From a bacterium (GTDB lineage: Bacteria; Patescibacteriota; Andersenbacteria; UBA10190), in contig JBDRMS010000006.1 in NCBI GenBank assembly GCA_043811915.1, positions 22,870-86,869 of the forward strand: 64,000 nucleotides of DNA, in the 5' to 3' direction. Numbering within the stretch: position 1 is the stretch's first letter; every line of letters starts with the position of its first letter. Both the position numbers and the translations under genes were made by a program. This document shows positions 9,420 to 19,072 of this stretch, piece by piece. The notes beneath the pieces were generated by a model. The model was not told where the DNA came from. It worked only from the letters and a program-made list of their open reading frames with translations, and searched no databases.

Positions 9420-11864
9420 ATGGCGGCAACGTACGACTTCAAAACTATTGAGACCAAGTGGCAGCAGAAGTGGCTGGAAGAACGATTATTTGCGGTGCGG
9501 GCGCGATCGGCGAGGGGGAACATGTATGTGCTTGATATGTTTCCTTATCCCTCGGGGGATGGTTTGCATGTTGGTCATGCAAAAATATATACCGCTTCAG
9601 ATGTAATCAGTCGCTATTTGCGGATGAAAGGGTTTAATGTGTTGCATCCCACTGGCTGGGATGCCTTTGGGCTGCCAACGGAGAACACTGCGATAAAGAA
9701 GGGTATCCGCCCGGCCTCTCTTACAGCAACAAATATTGAACGATTCAGGAAACAGATGCGCATGATGGGTTTTTCCTATGACTGGGAACGGGAAATCAAC
9801 ACAACGGACCCAAAATATTACAAATGGACGCAGTGGATTTTTCTGAAGTTGTTTCAGATGGGACTGGCTTACCAGGATACGGTATCGATCAACTGGTGCC
9901 CCGGTTGCAAGACGGGGCTGGCAAATGAGGAAGTTGAAGACGGGAAATGTGAGCGTTGCGGTACGGCGGTGGAGCAAAAACCTATGCAGCAGTGGATGCT
10001 GAAAATTACCAAGTACGCGGATCGTCTGTTAGCTGGTCTGGACGGCTTGGATTGGCCTGATTTCATTATTGACCTGCAACGCAACTGGATTGGCAGAAGT
10101 GAAGGCACGGAAATCGACTGGCAACTGACTGGTTCCGGAGAGGTTGTCAAAATTTTCACGACGCGGCCGGACACAATATTTGGAGCTACTTTTATGGCGA
10201 TGTCTCCGGAACACCCGTATGTCGTTTCCCTCCAGAAATCTAAAAAAGTGGAGGAGTATGTGGCGCGGGCAAAAGAAAAGACTGACCTGCAGCGAACGGC
10301 GGCGGGGAAAGACATAACTGGTGTTCAGCTTGAGGGAGTTATGGCTATTAATCCTATGACAGGGGAGGAAGTGCCTGTCTGGGTGGCTGATTATGTGCTC
10401 AAAGGGTATGGCACGGGCGCCATTATGGCGGTGCCGGCACATGATGAGCGTGATTTTGCTTTTGCCCAGAAGTACAAACTGCCGGTTATTCAGGTAATTC
10501 AGCCAACTCTGGCTGTGGGTAGTCTGGAGCTGCCATACGTGGGAGATGGCGTGCTGATAAATTCTGGAGACTACAGTGGTGTCAAAGTTCAACAAGCCAG
10601 CCAGGCGATTAGCGAGGCGTTGCAGTTGAGGGGTCTGGGGCGCAGGAAGGTTCATTTTAAACTGCGGGATTGGGTATTTTCCCGCCAGCGCTATTGGGGA
10701 GAGCCGATACCGATTATTCATTGTGATAACTGTGGAGCTGTGCCGGTGCCGGAGGAGGAGTTACCGGTGGAGCTGCCGGAAGTTGATAAGTACGAGCCGA
10801 CGGGGACGGGCGAGTCGCCGTTGGCACTGGCTAAGGCATGGGTGAATGTTAAGTGCCCGACTTGTTCTCGAGCTGGCCGGCGAGAGACAGATACCATGCC
10901 GCAGTGGGCTGGCTCTTCATGGTATTGGTTGCGTTATGTCGATCCGATTAATGAAAAATCTTTAGTTGGCGAGGGTCCTGCTGCTGAATGGCTGCCGGTC
11001 GACTTGTATGTGGGAGGCGCCGAACATGCGGTATTGCATTTATTGTACGCGCGCTTTTGGAACCTGGTGTTGTTTGACAATGAAGTGGTGGCAAACGAGG
11101 AGCCATTTAAGCGTTTTCGGAGTGTAGGGTTGTTGTTGGGGAACGACGGTCAAAAAATGAGCAAATCGCGGGGCAATGTTATAACTCCTGACGAGGTGGT
11201 GAAAAGACTGGGGGCGGACGCTCTGCGTGTGTATGTGATGTTTATGGGCCCCTTTGATCATGCCATGGCCTGGAGTGAGGCTGGTCTGAATGGGGCATCG
11301 CGCTTTTTACAAAGAGTGAAGCAGGTGTTCGATAAATTATCACAATTTGGGGAAAAGGATAGTCCGGAGCTGGAGTTGCGAGTGCACCAGACCATTCGGC
11401 GAGTGTCGGAGGGAACCGAACAGTTTCGATTTAACACAGCGGTAGCGGCATTGATGGAATTGCTTAATGAGCTGGAAAAATGTCAGGCGGTAACGCGCTT
11501 AACTCTGGAGACATTTGTGTTGTTATTAGCTCCTTATGCGCCGCATATGGCTGAGGAATTATGGTCGCAGTTAGGGCATGCGCAGACGTTGATGTATCAG
11601 GATTGGCCCAAGTTTGACCAGGCTTTGTTAGCCGGAGCACGGGTGACGTTGCCGGTACAGGTAAATGGAAAGGTGCGGGGAGAGCTGTTGATGTCGGCAA
11701 AGAGCACAAAAGCGCAGGCAGAGGTGGCGGCGAAGGAGTTGGCTAACGTAAAACAATATCTGGCTCTAGGAGAGATTACTAAGATCATTTATGTGGAGGG
11801 GCGCATGATTAATTTTGTAGTGGGGAAGAATAATAGTAAGTCCGGTGCGTCGAGCAGCAGCTAA
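9420..11864 (+). CDS. leuS: Leucine--tRNA ligase
   Basis: MFPYPSG.GLHVGH, SRQRYWG, KMSKS; ATG at 9420. Confidence 0.97.
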   Translation: MAATYDFKTIETKWQQKWLEERLFAVRARSARGNMYVLDMFPYPSGDGLHVGHAKIYTASDVISRYLRMKGFNVLHPTGWDAFGLPTENTAIKKGIRPASLTATNIERFRKQMRMMGFSYDWEREINTTDPKYYKWTQWIFLKLFQMGLAYQDTVSINWCPGCKTGLANEEVEDGKCERCGTAVEQKPMQQWMLKITKYADRLLAGLDGLDWPDFIIDLQRNWIGRSEGTEIDWQLTGSGEVVKIFTTRPDTIFGATFMAMSPEHPYVVSLQKSKKVEEYVARAKEKTDLQRTAAGKDITGVQLEGVMAINPMTGEEVPVWVADYVLKGYGTGAIMAVPAHDERDFAFAQKYKLPVIQVIQPTLAVGSLELPYVGDGVLINSGDYSGVKVQQASQAISEALQLRGLGRRKVHFKLRDWVFSRQRYWGEPIPIIHCDNCGAVPVPEEELPVELPEVDKYEPTGTGESPLALAKAWVNVKCPTCSRAGRRETDTMPQWAGSSWYWLRYVDPINEKSLVGEGPAAEWLPVDLYVGGAEHAVLHLLYARFWNLVLFDNEVVANEEPFKRFRSVGLLLGNDGQKMSKSRGNVITPDEVVKRLGADALRVYVMFMGPFDHAMAWSEAGLNGASRFLQRVKQVFDKLSQFGEKDSPELELRVHQTIRRVSEGTEQFRFNTAVAALMELLNELEKCQAVTRLTLETFVLLLAPYAPHMAEELWSQLGHAQTLMYQDWPKFDQALLAGARVTLPVQVNGKVRGELLMSAKSTKAQAEVAAKELANVKQYLALGEITKIIYVEGRMINFVVGKNNSKSGASSSS

Positions 11865-14800
11865 TTTGAAGATTAGCCGGCGAACATCGCCCTGGGCGGC
11901 GGTTTTGCCTTTTGGACGGGCACTGGTGTTAACTGGCCTGGTACTGGCTTTAATAGTGGGAGGGATTAGATTTTTATCTTTGCCGCAGCCGGCGGGGGCA
12001 CTTGGTTTTACCTCGCACATTATTGGGGTGGAGACAGGGGCGGTCGGAGTGCTGGGCATGGCGGCGGCTGACCTTGACGACGATAATGATATTGATGTGG
12101 TGACGGCAGGATCGGATGGGTTAAAGGTGTATATAAACAATAACGATGGAACTTTTGCGCCCAAAATAGTGGATGATATACGCGGGCAGCGGGTACAGAT
12201 TATCGACTTGGATATGGATGGGGCGCAAGATCTGTTGGTGACGACAAGGGACTCTACGTCCAGTGTGCGGTGGTATCGTAATACGGGAGGAATAGAATTT
12301 TCGGGGACAATTATTGGTGTAAACGGCAATGGGAAAGCTTATGCGGGTGATATTGATGCCGACGGGGCGCCGGATATAATAACGGCTACCACAGCCGGTG
12401 ATAGTGTGACATTGCAGCGCTGGATGAATAATGGCACTGGTACGTTTGCTTCAATAACGCTGGCAACTAATGCAGGAGTGACGGCGATTACCATCGCTGA
12501 TGTCAATAACAATGGCTTTAACGATATTGTTACAGGAGGCAGTGCGGGATTGCAGCGCTGGGATACTTCAGATGGCTATAGCTGGTCGCGGATTGACATT
12601 GATGACAGCAATACGGATCAGGAGTATCTAGTGGTAGCTGATGTTAACGAAGATGGTAAACAGGATATTGTGGCGGCGGAGCCGGCTGGTAATCTTGTGC
12701 TGTTATATCGCAATGTTGACCTGACCGTTTTTCAGAGAGGCGAGGTGGGGACTGAAGTGGACGCGATGACGGTGGTGCCGGTGGATTTGGATGAAGACGG
12801 TGATGAGGACATTGTAGTGGCGGCACAGGATAATAATAGTGTTTATTGGTATGACAATAACGGCAGTGAAGAATTCACCAGAACGACGATTACCAACTCG
12901 CTACAAAGTGTTTTTGGAGTGATTGTAACCGACGTGGATAATGATAATGACTTTGATGTACTGGCCGGAGATCATTATAGGGGTAATGTGTATTGGTATG
13001 AAAGGATAGCGGCCAAGCCTGTTGCTACGGAGCCGGAGGAAATAACCCAGAGCACTGATGGCCAGGGACTGGTTACGTTTACCACAAAAATTTCTGATGG
13101 TGATCGTGACCCGACACGGCTGCGAGTGCAATATTCGGTGGATGGGGTTAATTGGTATAAACCCTGGCTTACCTCGGCTAGGGCCGACACGGGTTCAGTG
13201 GATTTGAAAAATAGCAACGGGTATCAGATTGGGACGTCTAATCGTATTGATACAAATGCCAGTGATAGCGTAAAACTGACTATGGTGTGGGATACCCAAT
13301 CGGTATCGAACACAGGGGGGCCGATTGTGGGGGATATAACGACGGTACGACTGCGGTTTATTCCACGGGACGATGTGGGAAATGGCGGCACTATTACCGG
13401 TGATAGTTTTCAGGTGGATAATGAGGCGCCGCATTTGGCTACAATGCAGGTGGGAGAAGTGGGGGAGAACCAGGTTGTGTTTACCTGGGATAAGGCAACT
13501 GACAGCAACCTGTTTGATTATGCTTTATATTACGGCACTAGCCACACGGCCGTATTGGATAAAACATCTGCGGTTTGGGACGTGAGTGATGATGCGACTA
13601 TGGGTGACGAAGAAACGACGGGAGTGACAGTGATGGGACTGGCAGATGGTCTAAAGTATACCTTTAAGCTTTTTGTAACAGATATTTTTGGTAATGAGAC
13701 TGGGGTGCAAAGTGTGCGTGTGACAACGGGGCAGGCAGCGGAAACACTAACTTCGACCGGGGAGGCTAGCCCTACAACTTTGGTGACACCAACGGCAACT
13801 TCAACGCCAGAGCCGACGACTAGCGAGCCAATAGTACCGGAGAATTTACCGCCAGTGGCGCAAGCGGGAAAAGATCAGGTTGTCAATTCGGAAGCACTGG
13901 TTATTTTGGATGGAACTAATTCTTATGATCCGGAGGGGGGATCGCTTAGCTATACCTGGCGTCAGTTGAAGGGAAGAGAGGCTAAACTATCATCGGCTTA
14001 CGCTGCCACTTCCTCCTTTACGGCGATGGGTGAAAGTGAGGTATACATATTCAGTTTGGCAGTGCGTGATTTTTCGGGCCTGACGGCTACCGACACAGTA
14101 ACAATAGTGACCAGAGCGTTGCCGGAAGCGGCGGTCACCGAGCCAGCTCCCGCAGAAGTAATAAGGATAGAGGAGAAAAAAAGGGAAGTACCGGCTATTG
14201 TGTCACTAATATTGCGCCCATTGGACATATTCCTGTTTGTATTGGCACTTTTGGCCACAATAGTTTCTTTACTGGACCGTGTTTTGCATTCTGTCGGGCG
14301 CAAGCACGTAGAACAGGTTGCGTCGTTCTTACGGGGTCGGCGAGGGCCGGTGCACAGAGGGCGAGTGGTTCAGTATAAGACGGGTGAGCCGATTGCTGGA
14401 GTACAAGTGCTTATTTATGGCAGAGACAAGAGAGTTAAGCATAAATTGCGTACCAATGCTCGCGGCGTATTTGCCACACCACTGGTGCCGGGTGACTATA
14501 CCATAGCTATTAAGGCGGAGGGTTTTGTTTTTTCTCCGGCGGCGGCGACGTTTGAGCCCGGGGAAGGGGAAATAATATATACGGGGGGTACTTTAACCAT
14601 TGTTGACCAGACTAGGGTTGTTAATTTTGTTATCCCCATGAAGCCAACAGGCGAGGCCTTAAGCTCCTGGCGCATTCGTACGTTGCGCTGGTGGCAAATT
14701 GCGCAGCGTAGGGGGCACGTGTTGTCGTGGCCGGTTTTCATTAGTGGGTCCCTCTTGAACACAGCGTTGTTGCTTATGGCGTCGAATGGTTTGTTTTTGA

Positions 14801-15159
14801 TGCTGGAGATATTTTACGTGGGCCTAGTGGCGGTGAAGGTTGTCTTAGAGATACGGTTACGTCCTTCTTATGGGCTGGTGCGGGATGCTATAACGCACGT
14901 GCCGTTGGATTTGGCGGTAGTGCGACTATACGAACAGGGCACTAATCGTCTGGTAATGACGCGAGTGGCTGACGGTAGTGGCCGGTTCTTTGCTCTGCCA
15001 CCGCCAGGGCGATATGTAGTGACAATAACCAAGCCGGGTTATGCGTCCTTTACGCGGGAAGGCGTGGAGATTACCTCGACGCATGATTCTAAATTACAGA
15101 TGAAAGCTGATTTGATGCCGGTGGCTCCCCAGCTGGGCATGGCAACGGCGGGGATTTGA
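11845..15159 (+). CDS. Large surface protein: FG-GAP/VCBS repeats, FN3-like, PKD-like, TM and carboxypeptidase-regulatory-like domains
   Basis: About 7 D.D.DG..D.V repeats, Thr/Pro linker, PVAQAGKDQ..LDGTNSYDPEG, C-terminal TMs; start uncertain. Confidence 0.8.
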   Translation: MRRAAANLKISRRTSPWAAVLPFGRALVLTGLVLALIVGGIRFLSLPQPAGALGFTSHIIGVETGAVGVLGMAAADLDDDNDIDVVTAGSDGLKVYINNNDGTFAPKIVDDIRGQRVQIIDLDMDGAQDLLVTTRDSTSSVRWYRNTGGIEFSGTIIGVNGNGKAYAGDIDADGAPDIITATTAGDSVTLQRWMNNGTGTFASITLATNAGVTAITIADVNNNGFNDIVTGGSAGLQRWDTSDGYSWSRIDIDDSNTDQEYLVVADVNEDGKQDIVAAEPAGNLVLLYRNVDLTVFQRGEVGTEVDAMTVVPVDLDEDGDEDIVVAAQDNNSVYWYDNNGSEEFTRTTITNSLQSVFGVIVTDVDNDNDFDVLAGDHYRGNVYWYERIAAKPVATEPEEITQSTDGQGLVTFTTKISDGDRDPTRLRVQYSVDGVNWYKPWLTSARADTGSVDLKNSNGYQIGTSNRIDTNASDSVKLTMVWDTQSVSNTGGPIVGDITTVRLRFIPRDDVGNGGTITGDSFQVDNEAPHLATMQVGEVGENQVVFTWDKATDSNLFDYALYYGTSHTAVLDKTSAVWDVSDDATMGDEETTGVTVMGLADGLKYTFKLFVTDIFGNETGVQSVRVTTGQAAETLTSTGEASPTTLVTPTATSTPEPTTSEPIVPENLPPVAQAGKDQVVNSEALVILDGTNSYDPEGGSLSYTWRQLKGREAKLSSAYAATSSFTAMGESEVYIFSLAVRDFSGLTATDTVTIVTRALPEAAVTEPAPAEVIRIEEKKREVPAIVSLILRPLDIFLFVLALLATIVSLLDRVLHSVGRKHVEQVASFLRGRRGPVHRGRVVQYKTGEPIAGVQVLIYGRDKRVKHKLRTNARGVFATPLVPGDYTIAIKAEGFVFSPAAATFEPGEGEIIYTGGTLTIVDQTRVVNFVIPMKPTGEALSSWRIRTLRWWQIAQRRGHVLSWPVFISGSLLNTALLLMASNGLFLMLEIFYVGLVAVKVVLEIRLRPSYGLVRDAITHVPLDLAVVRLYEQGTNRLVMTRVADGSGRFFALPPPGRYVVTITKPGYASFTREGVEITSTHDSKLQMKADLMPVAPQLGMATAGI

Positions 15160-15201
15160 GAAGATGAGAGGAACGTAGTATAATGTAGTATAATAGGGTT
15201 A

Positions 15202-16290
15202 ATGATTAGAGACGGGATGAAGGGTCACAACAAAGAAAAAAGTGATGTTTTTGGTTTACCGCTGGTGCTGGTTATTTTTTTCGTAGTTTTGTTAGTGGCG
15301 ATAGCGTTTCTAGCTAGTCAGGCGGGTTTACAGGGAGAGTTGAGGACAGCGGCGGAGCCAAGTGGTGCCACGAGTTGCAGTAATAAAGGAGTCCCTAATG
15401 CGTTTTTGGAGGTGGAATTGACGGGAAAGCCGGGAGAAACCAGGAGTAAGATTACAGGTGAGGCTATTCAGCTTGCAGTCGATGCCTTGCATCAACAGAT
15501 CAGAAGTGCGAGTTCTTCCGATGCTGAAAAAGACTTGGCTGACGGGTTCTGTACACTAAAGGCAAATGAAGCGGTAAATGAAAGCAGACTTTTATGTGAT
15601 TATCCGAATATAACTAATGATGACGGATGCCTACCAAAGGAAGTTGATGAAAGTGGAGGTCAATATAATCCTTATTCCAGTGCAATATCGACTCGAGTGT
15701 TTTCAGGAGGAGCTGATTGCAAAGATCTTGATTCTCACCCGATTAAAGTGCAGTGGCAGTGCACAGGCAAGGCCTTCTTGGGCTGTAGGGGTAACCTAAT
15801 ATGCCTTCCGTCATCCCCTAAGCCGTGCAAAGAAAAAGGAGGGAAGTTTGTTTTGTGGGCAAGCGGTTTAAAAGAGAGAAGAGGTGAGAACAAGGATGTT
15901 GTAAAAGCAGAGGCTATAGCAGAGACACTAATTAGCATTAACGATAAAGCAAAGGCGGAAGGAGTGAGCGTTCCTCTGTCTCAAAGCGGTGTTGATAAAG
16001 CCTGTAGAGATAAAGCCGGTCCGACAAAGGTAAACTGCGGCACCGGATGTTGGTTTGGCTATGGCGAAGGACAATATACCGGGATAATACCGCAGGCCAG
16101 CAACGAAGGCGAATTTGTCGTTAAATGCACGGAGGTTTATGTTAATACTCTCGAGCCATCTCCCTCAGGTACGCCTCTCCCGAAACAGTGGAAATGCGAG
16201 GCTAGCTCTTCTGTGGATTGTGAGTGGGTAGGGGCTTGTTTGGATAGTAATCCCTCATCATCAGGCTCAAATCTGCCTTCTCCCAGTTAG
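15202..16290 (+). CDS. Membrane-anchored Cys-rich exported protein with two tandem 8-Cys domains
   Basis: N-terminal TM; internal repeat GE...EAI / GQY / QW.C. Confidence 0.7.
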   Translation: MIRDGMKGHNKEKSDVFGLPLVLVIFFVVLLVAIAFLASQAGLQGELRTAAEPSGATSCSNKGVPNAFLEVELTGKPGETRSKITGEAIQLAVDALHQQIRSASSSDAEKDLADGFCTLKANEAVNESRLLCDYPNITNDDGCLPKEVDESGGQYNPYSSAISTRVFSGGADCKDLDSHPIKVQWQCTGKAFLGCRGNLICLPSSPKPCKEKGGKFVLWASGLKERRGENKDVVKAEAIAETLISINDKAKAEGVSVPLSQSGVDKACRDKAGPTKVNCGTGCWFGYGEGQYTGIIPQASNEGEFVVKCTEVYVNTLEPSPSGTPLPKQWKCEASSSVDCEWVGACLDSNPSSSGSNLPSPS

Positions 16291-16317
16291 GTGTTCGGTT
16301 TAGTGTAATTTTTTGTT

Positions 16318-17001
16318 ATGCAGGCGGTGGTTTTAATGGCGGGGAAGGGGACGAGGATGGCCAGGTATTATGAGGGTCCCAAGCAACTTTTGCCGATTAA
16401 GGGAAAGCCGGTGGTGGAGCACGCCCTGGATATGTTACCAGAAGAGGTGGGTGAGCTGATTTTTGTGGTAGGAGGACCCCACGAAAAGACAATCAGAGAA
16501 TATTTTAAATCGGGTGAATATAAAGGGCGACCGATTACATTTGTTGTTCAGAAGGAACAACTGGGATTAGCGCACGCGTTTGCGGCGGCCAAGGACTTAA
16601 TAAAGGGTCGTTGGCTTGGCATGGTGGGGGACGATATTTTTGGGCCGGAGGGTATGAAGGAGTTGGTGAGGCATGACTTGTCGGTGTTATCTTCAAAAGT
16701 GGAACATCCGGAGAATTGGGGAATATTGGTGACGGACGAGGAAGGATATCTGATTAAATCAGTTGAGAAGCCAAGAGAATTTGTGTCGGATCTGGCCTGG
16801 AACGGAGCCATGGTGATGGATGAGAGTTTTTTTGAAGTGAAGGTTGTACCATCGGCTCGGGGAGAGTATGAGACGCCGGATGTCTGGATGAAGCTAATTA
16901 GTGGAAAGGGAAAGAGAATAAAGGTAGTTATGGCGGACTGGTGGCTGCCGGTTAACGATAAGGAGCAGTTAGAGGAGGCAGAACGGGTGCTTGGCAAGTA
17001 A
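16318..17001 (+). CDS. Sugar-phosphate nucleotidyltransferase (NTP_transferase)
   Basis: AGKGTRM, PKQLLPI, Q.EQLGLAHA, SARGEYE. Confidence 0.9.
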   Translation: MQAVVLMAGKGTRMARYYEGPKQLLPIKGKPVVEHALDMLPEEVGELIFVVGGPHEKTIREYFKSGEYKGRPITFVVQKEQLGLAHAFAAAKDLIKGRWLGMVGDDIFGPEGMKELVRHDLSVLSSKVEHPENWGILVTDEEGYLIKSVEKPREFVSDLAWNGAMVMDESFFEVKVVPSARGEYETPDVWMKLISGKGKRIKVVMADWWLPVNDKEQLEEAERVLGK

Positions 17002-17004
17002 CCC

Positions 17005-17025
17005 TATTTACACCTACGAGGTGTA
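17005..17025. repeat. 21-bp REP-like hairpin repeat, copy 1
   Basis: TATTTACACCTACGAGGTGTA containing stem TACACCT-ACG-AGGTGTA. Confidence 0.9.
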
Positions 17026-17031
17026 ATGAGG

Positions 17032-17703
17032 TTACTCAAGTGTCAGCTTTCTAATCTTTGCTAGTTCGCGTTGGTAGCTAATTTGGTCGTCGACAAATTT
17101 CTTATACTCATTGGATTGGACTTCTAATAGGTTGTTGTAAGAGCACAAGTTTTCACTGCTGTGGCTTATGGATAAGTATTCTTTATAGGACGAGTACTTC
17201 CAGTCCTGTGGTCGGTCTACTAAGCTTGCTGTAACTGGATTAAGGTGGAGATAACGAGTGAGGTGTAATAATTGTTCATCAGATTTTACTGGAACGTTCT
17301 TGAACCTACCTTCCCATAAGGGCCCTCGTCTCTTGTGTTTGGTATTAAAGTAGCGTGTGTAGCTATTCAATGAGTTGCTTAGATGGCTTGATACGCCGTT
17401 GTTCCGTAGTTGTTTTACGATTAGATGAAAATGGGTTGGCATGAGGCAATAGGCGATTATTTGTGTTAGACGCGCCTGATTATCGGTAAACTTAGTAAAG
17501 TACAGCTCGAACCCATTCTCCCTTGTGTTTTTAAGGTTAAGAAACTGCGAGAATTTTGGTAGTGGTCCTACAACAGAGAAAAAACTTATCATGCGCTTCA
17601 TTCTCAGATAGTCCCGGTCGGAGTTAAAAATTTTGAAACCAGCAATGCTTTTGTTCATCACATGGTGCACGTCGCCAGTTACTATGGGGTGTTTTCGTGG
17701 CAT
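17032..17703 (-). mobile_element. REP-associated tyrosine transposase (RAYT, Y1_Tnp/HUH)
   Basis: AYCLMPTHFHL (HUH), YFN.KH.R.GPLWEGRF, YLHLNPV, WKYSSY. Confidence 0.9.
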
Positions 17704-17718
17704 GGTGTAATTTTACCA

Positions 17719-17739
17719 TATTTACACCTACGAGGTGTA
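17719..17739. repeat. 21-bp REP-like hairpin repeat, copy 2
   Basis: Identical to 17005-17025. Confidence 0.9.
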
Positions 17740-17746
17740 GATTGGT

Positions 17747-19042
17747 TTAGCCGCGTCCTACGCTGTGGTATACAAAGCCTTTTTTCTCCATTTCCTTGCG
17801 GTCGTACATGTTGCGGCCATCAATGATAATAGGGTTGTTTAGCAGGGAGGCAACTTTTTTCCAGTTGGGCTCTAAAAATTCATCCCAGTCGGTAACAATA
17901 ACCAAAGCGTCGGCTCCTTTGAGGGCTTCATACATGTTTTTTTTGTAGCGCGCTTTATTGGCTAGTACGGCACGAGCGGTTTGGGAGGCTTTTGGATCAT
18001 AGGCTTGGATAATGGCTCCATCTTCGTGTAATTGATTGACGATATTTACGGAAGGGGCATTGCGCATATCGTCGGTGTTAGGTTTGAAGGCTAACCCCCA
18101 CAGGGCAATAGTCTTGCCTTTAGTGATCCAAAGAGCCTGCTCGATTTTGCGCAGAAAAATGCGTTGGGCCTGATTGTTAATTTTTTCTACTTCTTTTAGC
18201 AAGCCGAAATCATAGCCGAGTTCTTTGGCGATGGAAATAAAAGCAGAGACGTCCTTAGGGAAGCAGCTGCCGCCATAGCCAACGCCGGCTTTAAGGAAAT
18301 GCCCGCCGATGCGTTTGTCCAGTCCCATGCCTTTGACAACCTGGTCAATATTGGCGCCGGAAAGTTCACAAATATGGGCCAGGGCGTTAGTGAAAGAGAT
18401 TTTGGCAGCCAGGAAAGAGTTACTGGCATGTTTGATGAGTTCGGCACTTTTAACATCAGTGACAATAAAAGGAGCTTTGAGGGGACGGTAAATGTCGCGC
18501 ATAATTTTTTCCGCGCGCTTGTTAGCTACGCCAACGACGATGCGGTCTGGCTTAAGAAAATCATCGACGGCATTCCCTTCACGTAGAAACTCGGGGTTGC
18601 TGACGACGTCAACATCGATAGATCTCTTGTTGTGTTGCTTGATCGTGGCTAGTACTCGCTCGCCGGTTTGTACAGGCACCGTACTTTTATCGACGATTAC
18701 TTTGTAAGAGTCGGCGGCCTCGGCTATTTGGCGGGCAGCACCAGCCACGTAGGACAGATCAGCCTGACCGTCGGGCAAGGGCGGGGTGTTAACGGCAATG
18801 AAAATAACGTCGGATTTTTTGACGGCGGCTGGCAAATTAGTGGTAAAGGTGAGACGATGGGCCTTAACGTTTTTTTGTATGAGTTTGTCCAGGCCCGGTT
18901 CGTAGATGGGGATAGTGCCATGTTTTAGTTTGGCTATTTTTTCGCGGTTATTGTCGACTAAAATGACGTTATGGCCAATTTCAGCCAGACAGGTACCTGA
19001 AACCAGGCCTACGTAGCCAGCGCCAATAAAGGTTAAATTCAT
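17747..19042 (-). CDS. ugd: UDP-glucose 6-dehydrogenase
   Basis: GAGYVG, PEFLREG, GYGGSCFPKD, FKPNTDD.R. Confidence 0.95.
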   Translation of the reverse strand: MNLTFIGAGYVGLVSGTCLAEIGHNVILVDNNREKIAKLKHGTIPIYEPGLDKLIQKNVKAHRLTFTTNLPAAVKKSDVIFIAVNTPPLPDGQADLSYVAGAARQIAEAADSYKVIVDKSTVPVQTGERVLATIKQHNKRSIDVDVVSNPEFLREGNAVDDFLKPDRIVVGVANKRAEKIMRDIYRPLKAPFIVTDVKSAELIKHASNSFLAAKISFTNALAHICELSGANIDQVVKGMGLDKRIGGHFLKAGVGYGGSCFPKDVSAFISIAKELGYDFGLLKEVEKINNQAQRIFLRKIEQALWITKGKTIALWGLAFKPNTDDMRNAPSVNIVNQLHEDGAIIQAYDPKASQTARAVLANKARYKKNMYEALKGADALVIVTDWDEFLEPNWKKVASLLNNPIIIDGRNMYDRKEMEKKGFVYHSVGRG

Positions 19043-19072
19043 GGGGGTAACATTAGCAGAATGTTATACTGA

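Noticed and set aside
17005-17739. CRISPR array or target-site duplication
   Set aside because: Only two copies 700 bp apart and no cas genes; Y1 transposases do not make TSDs and the repeat is a hairpin
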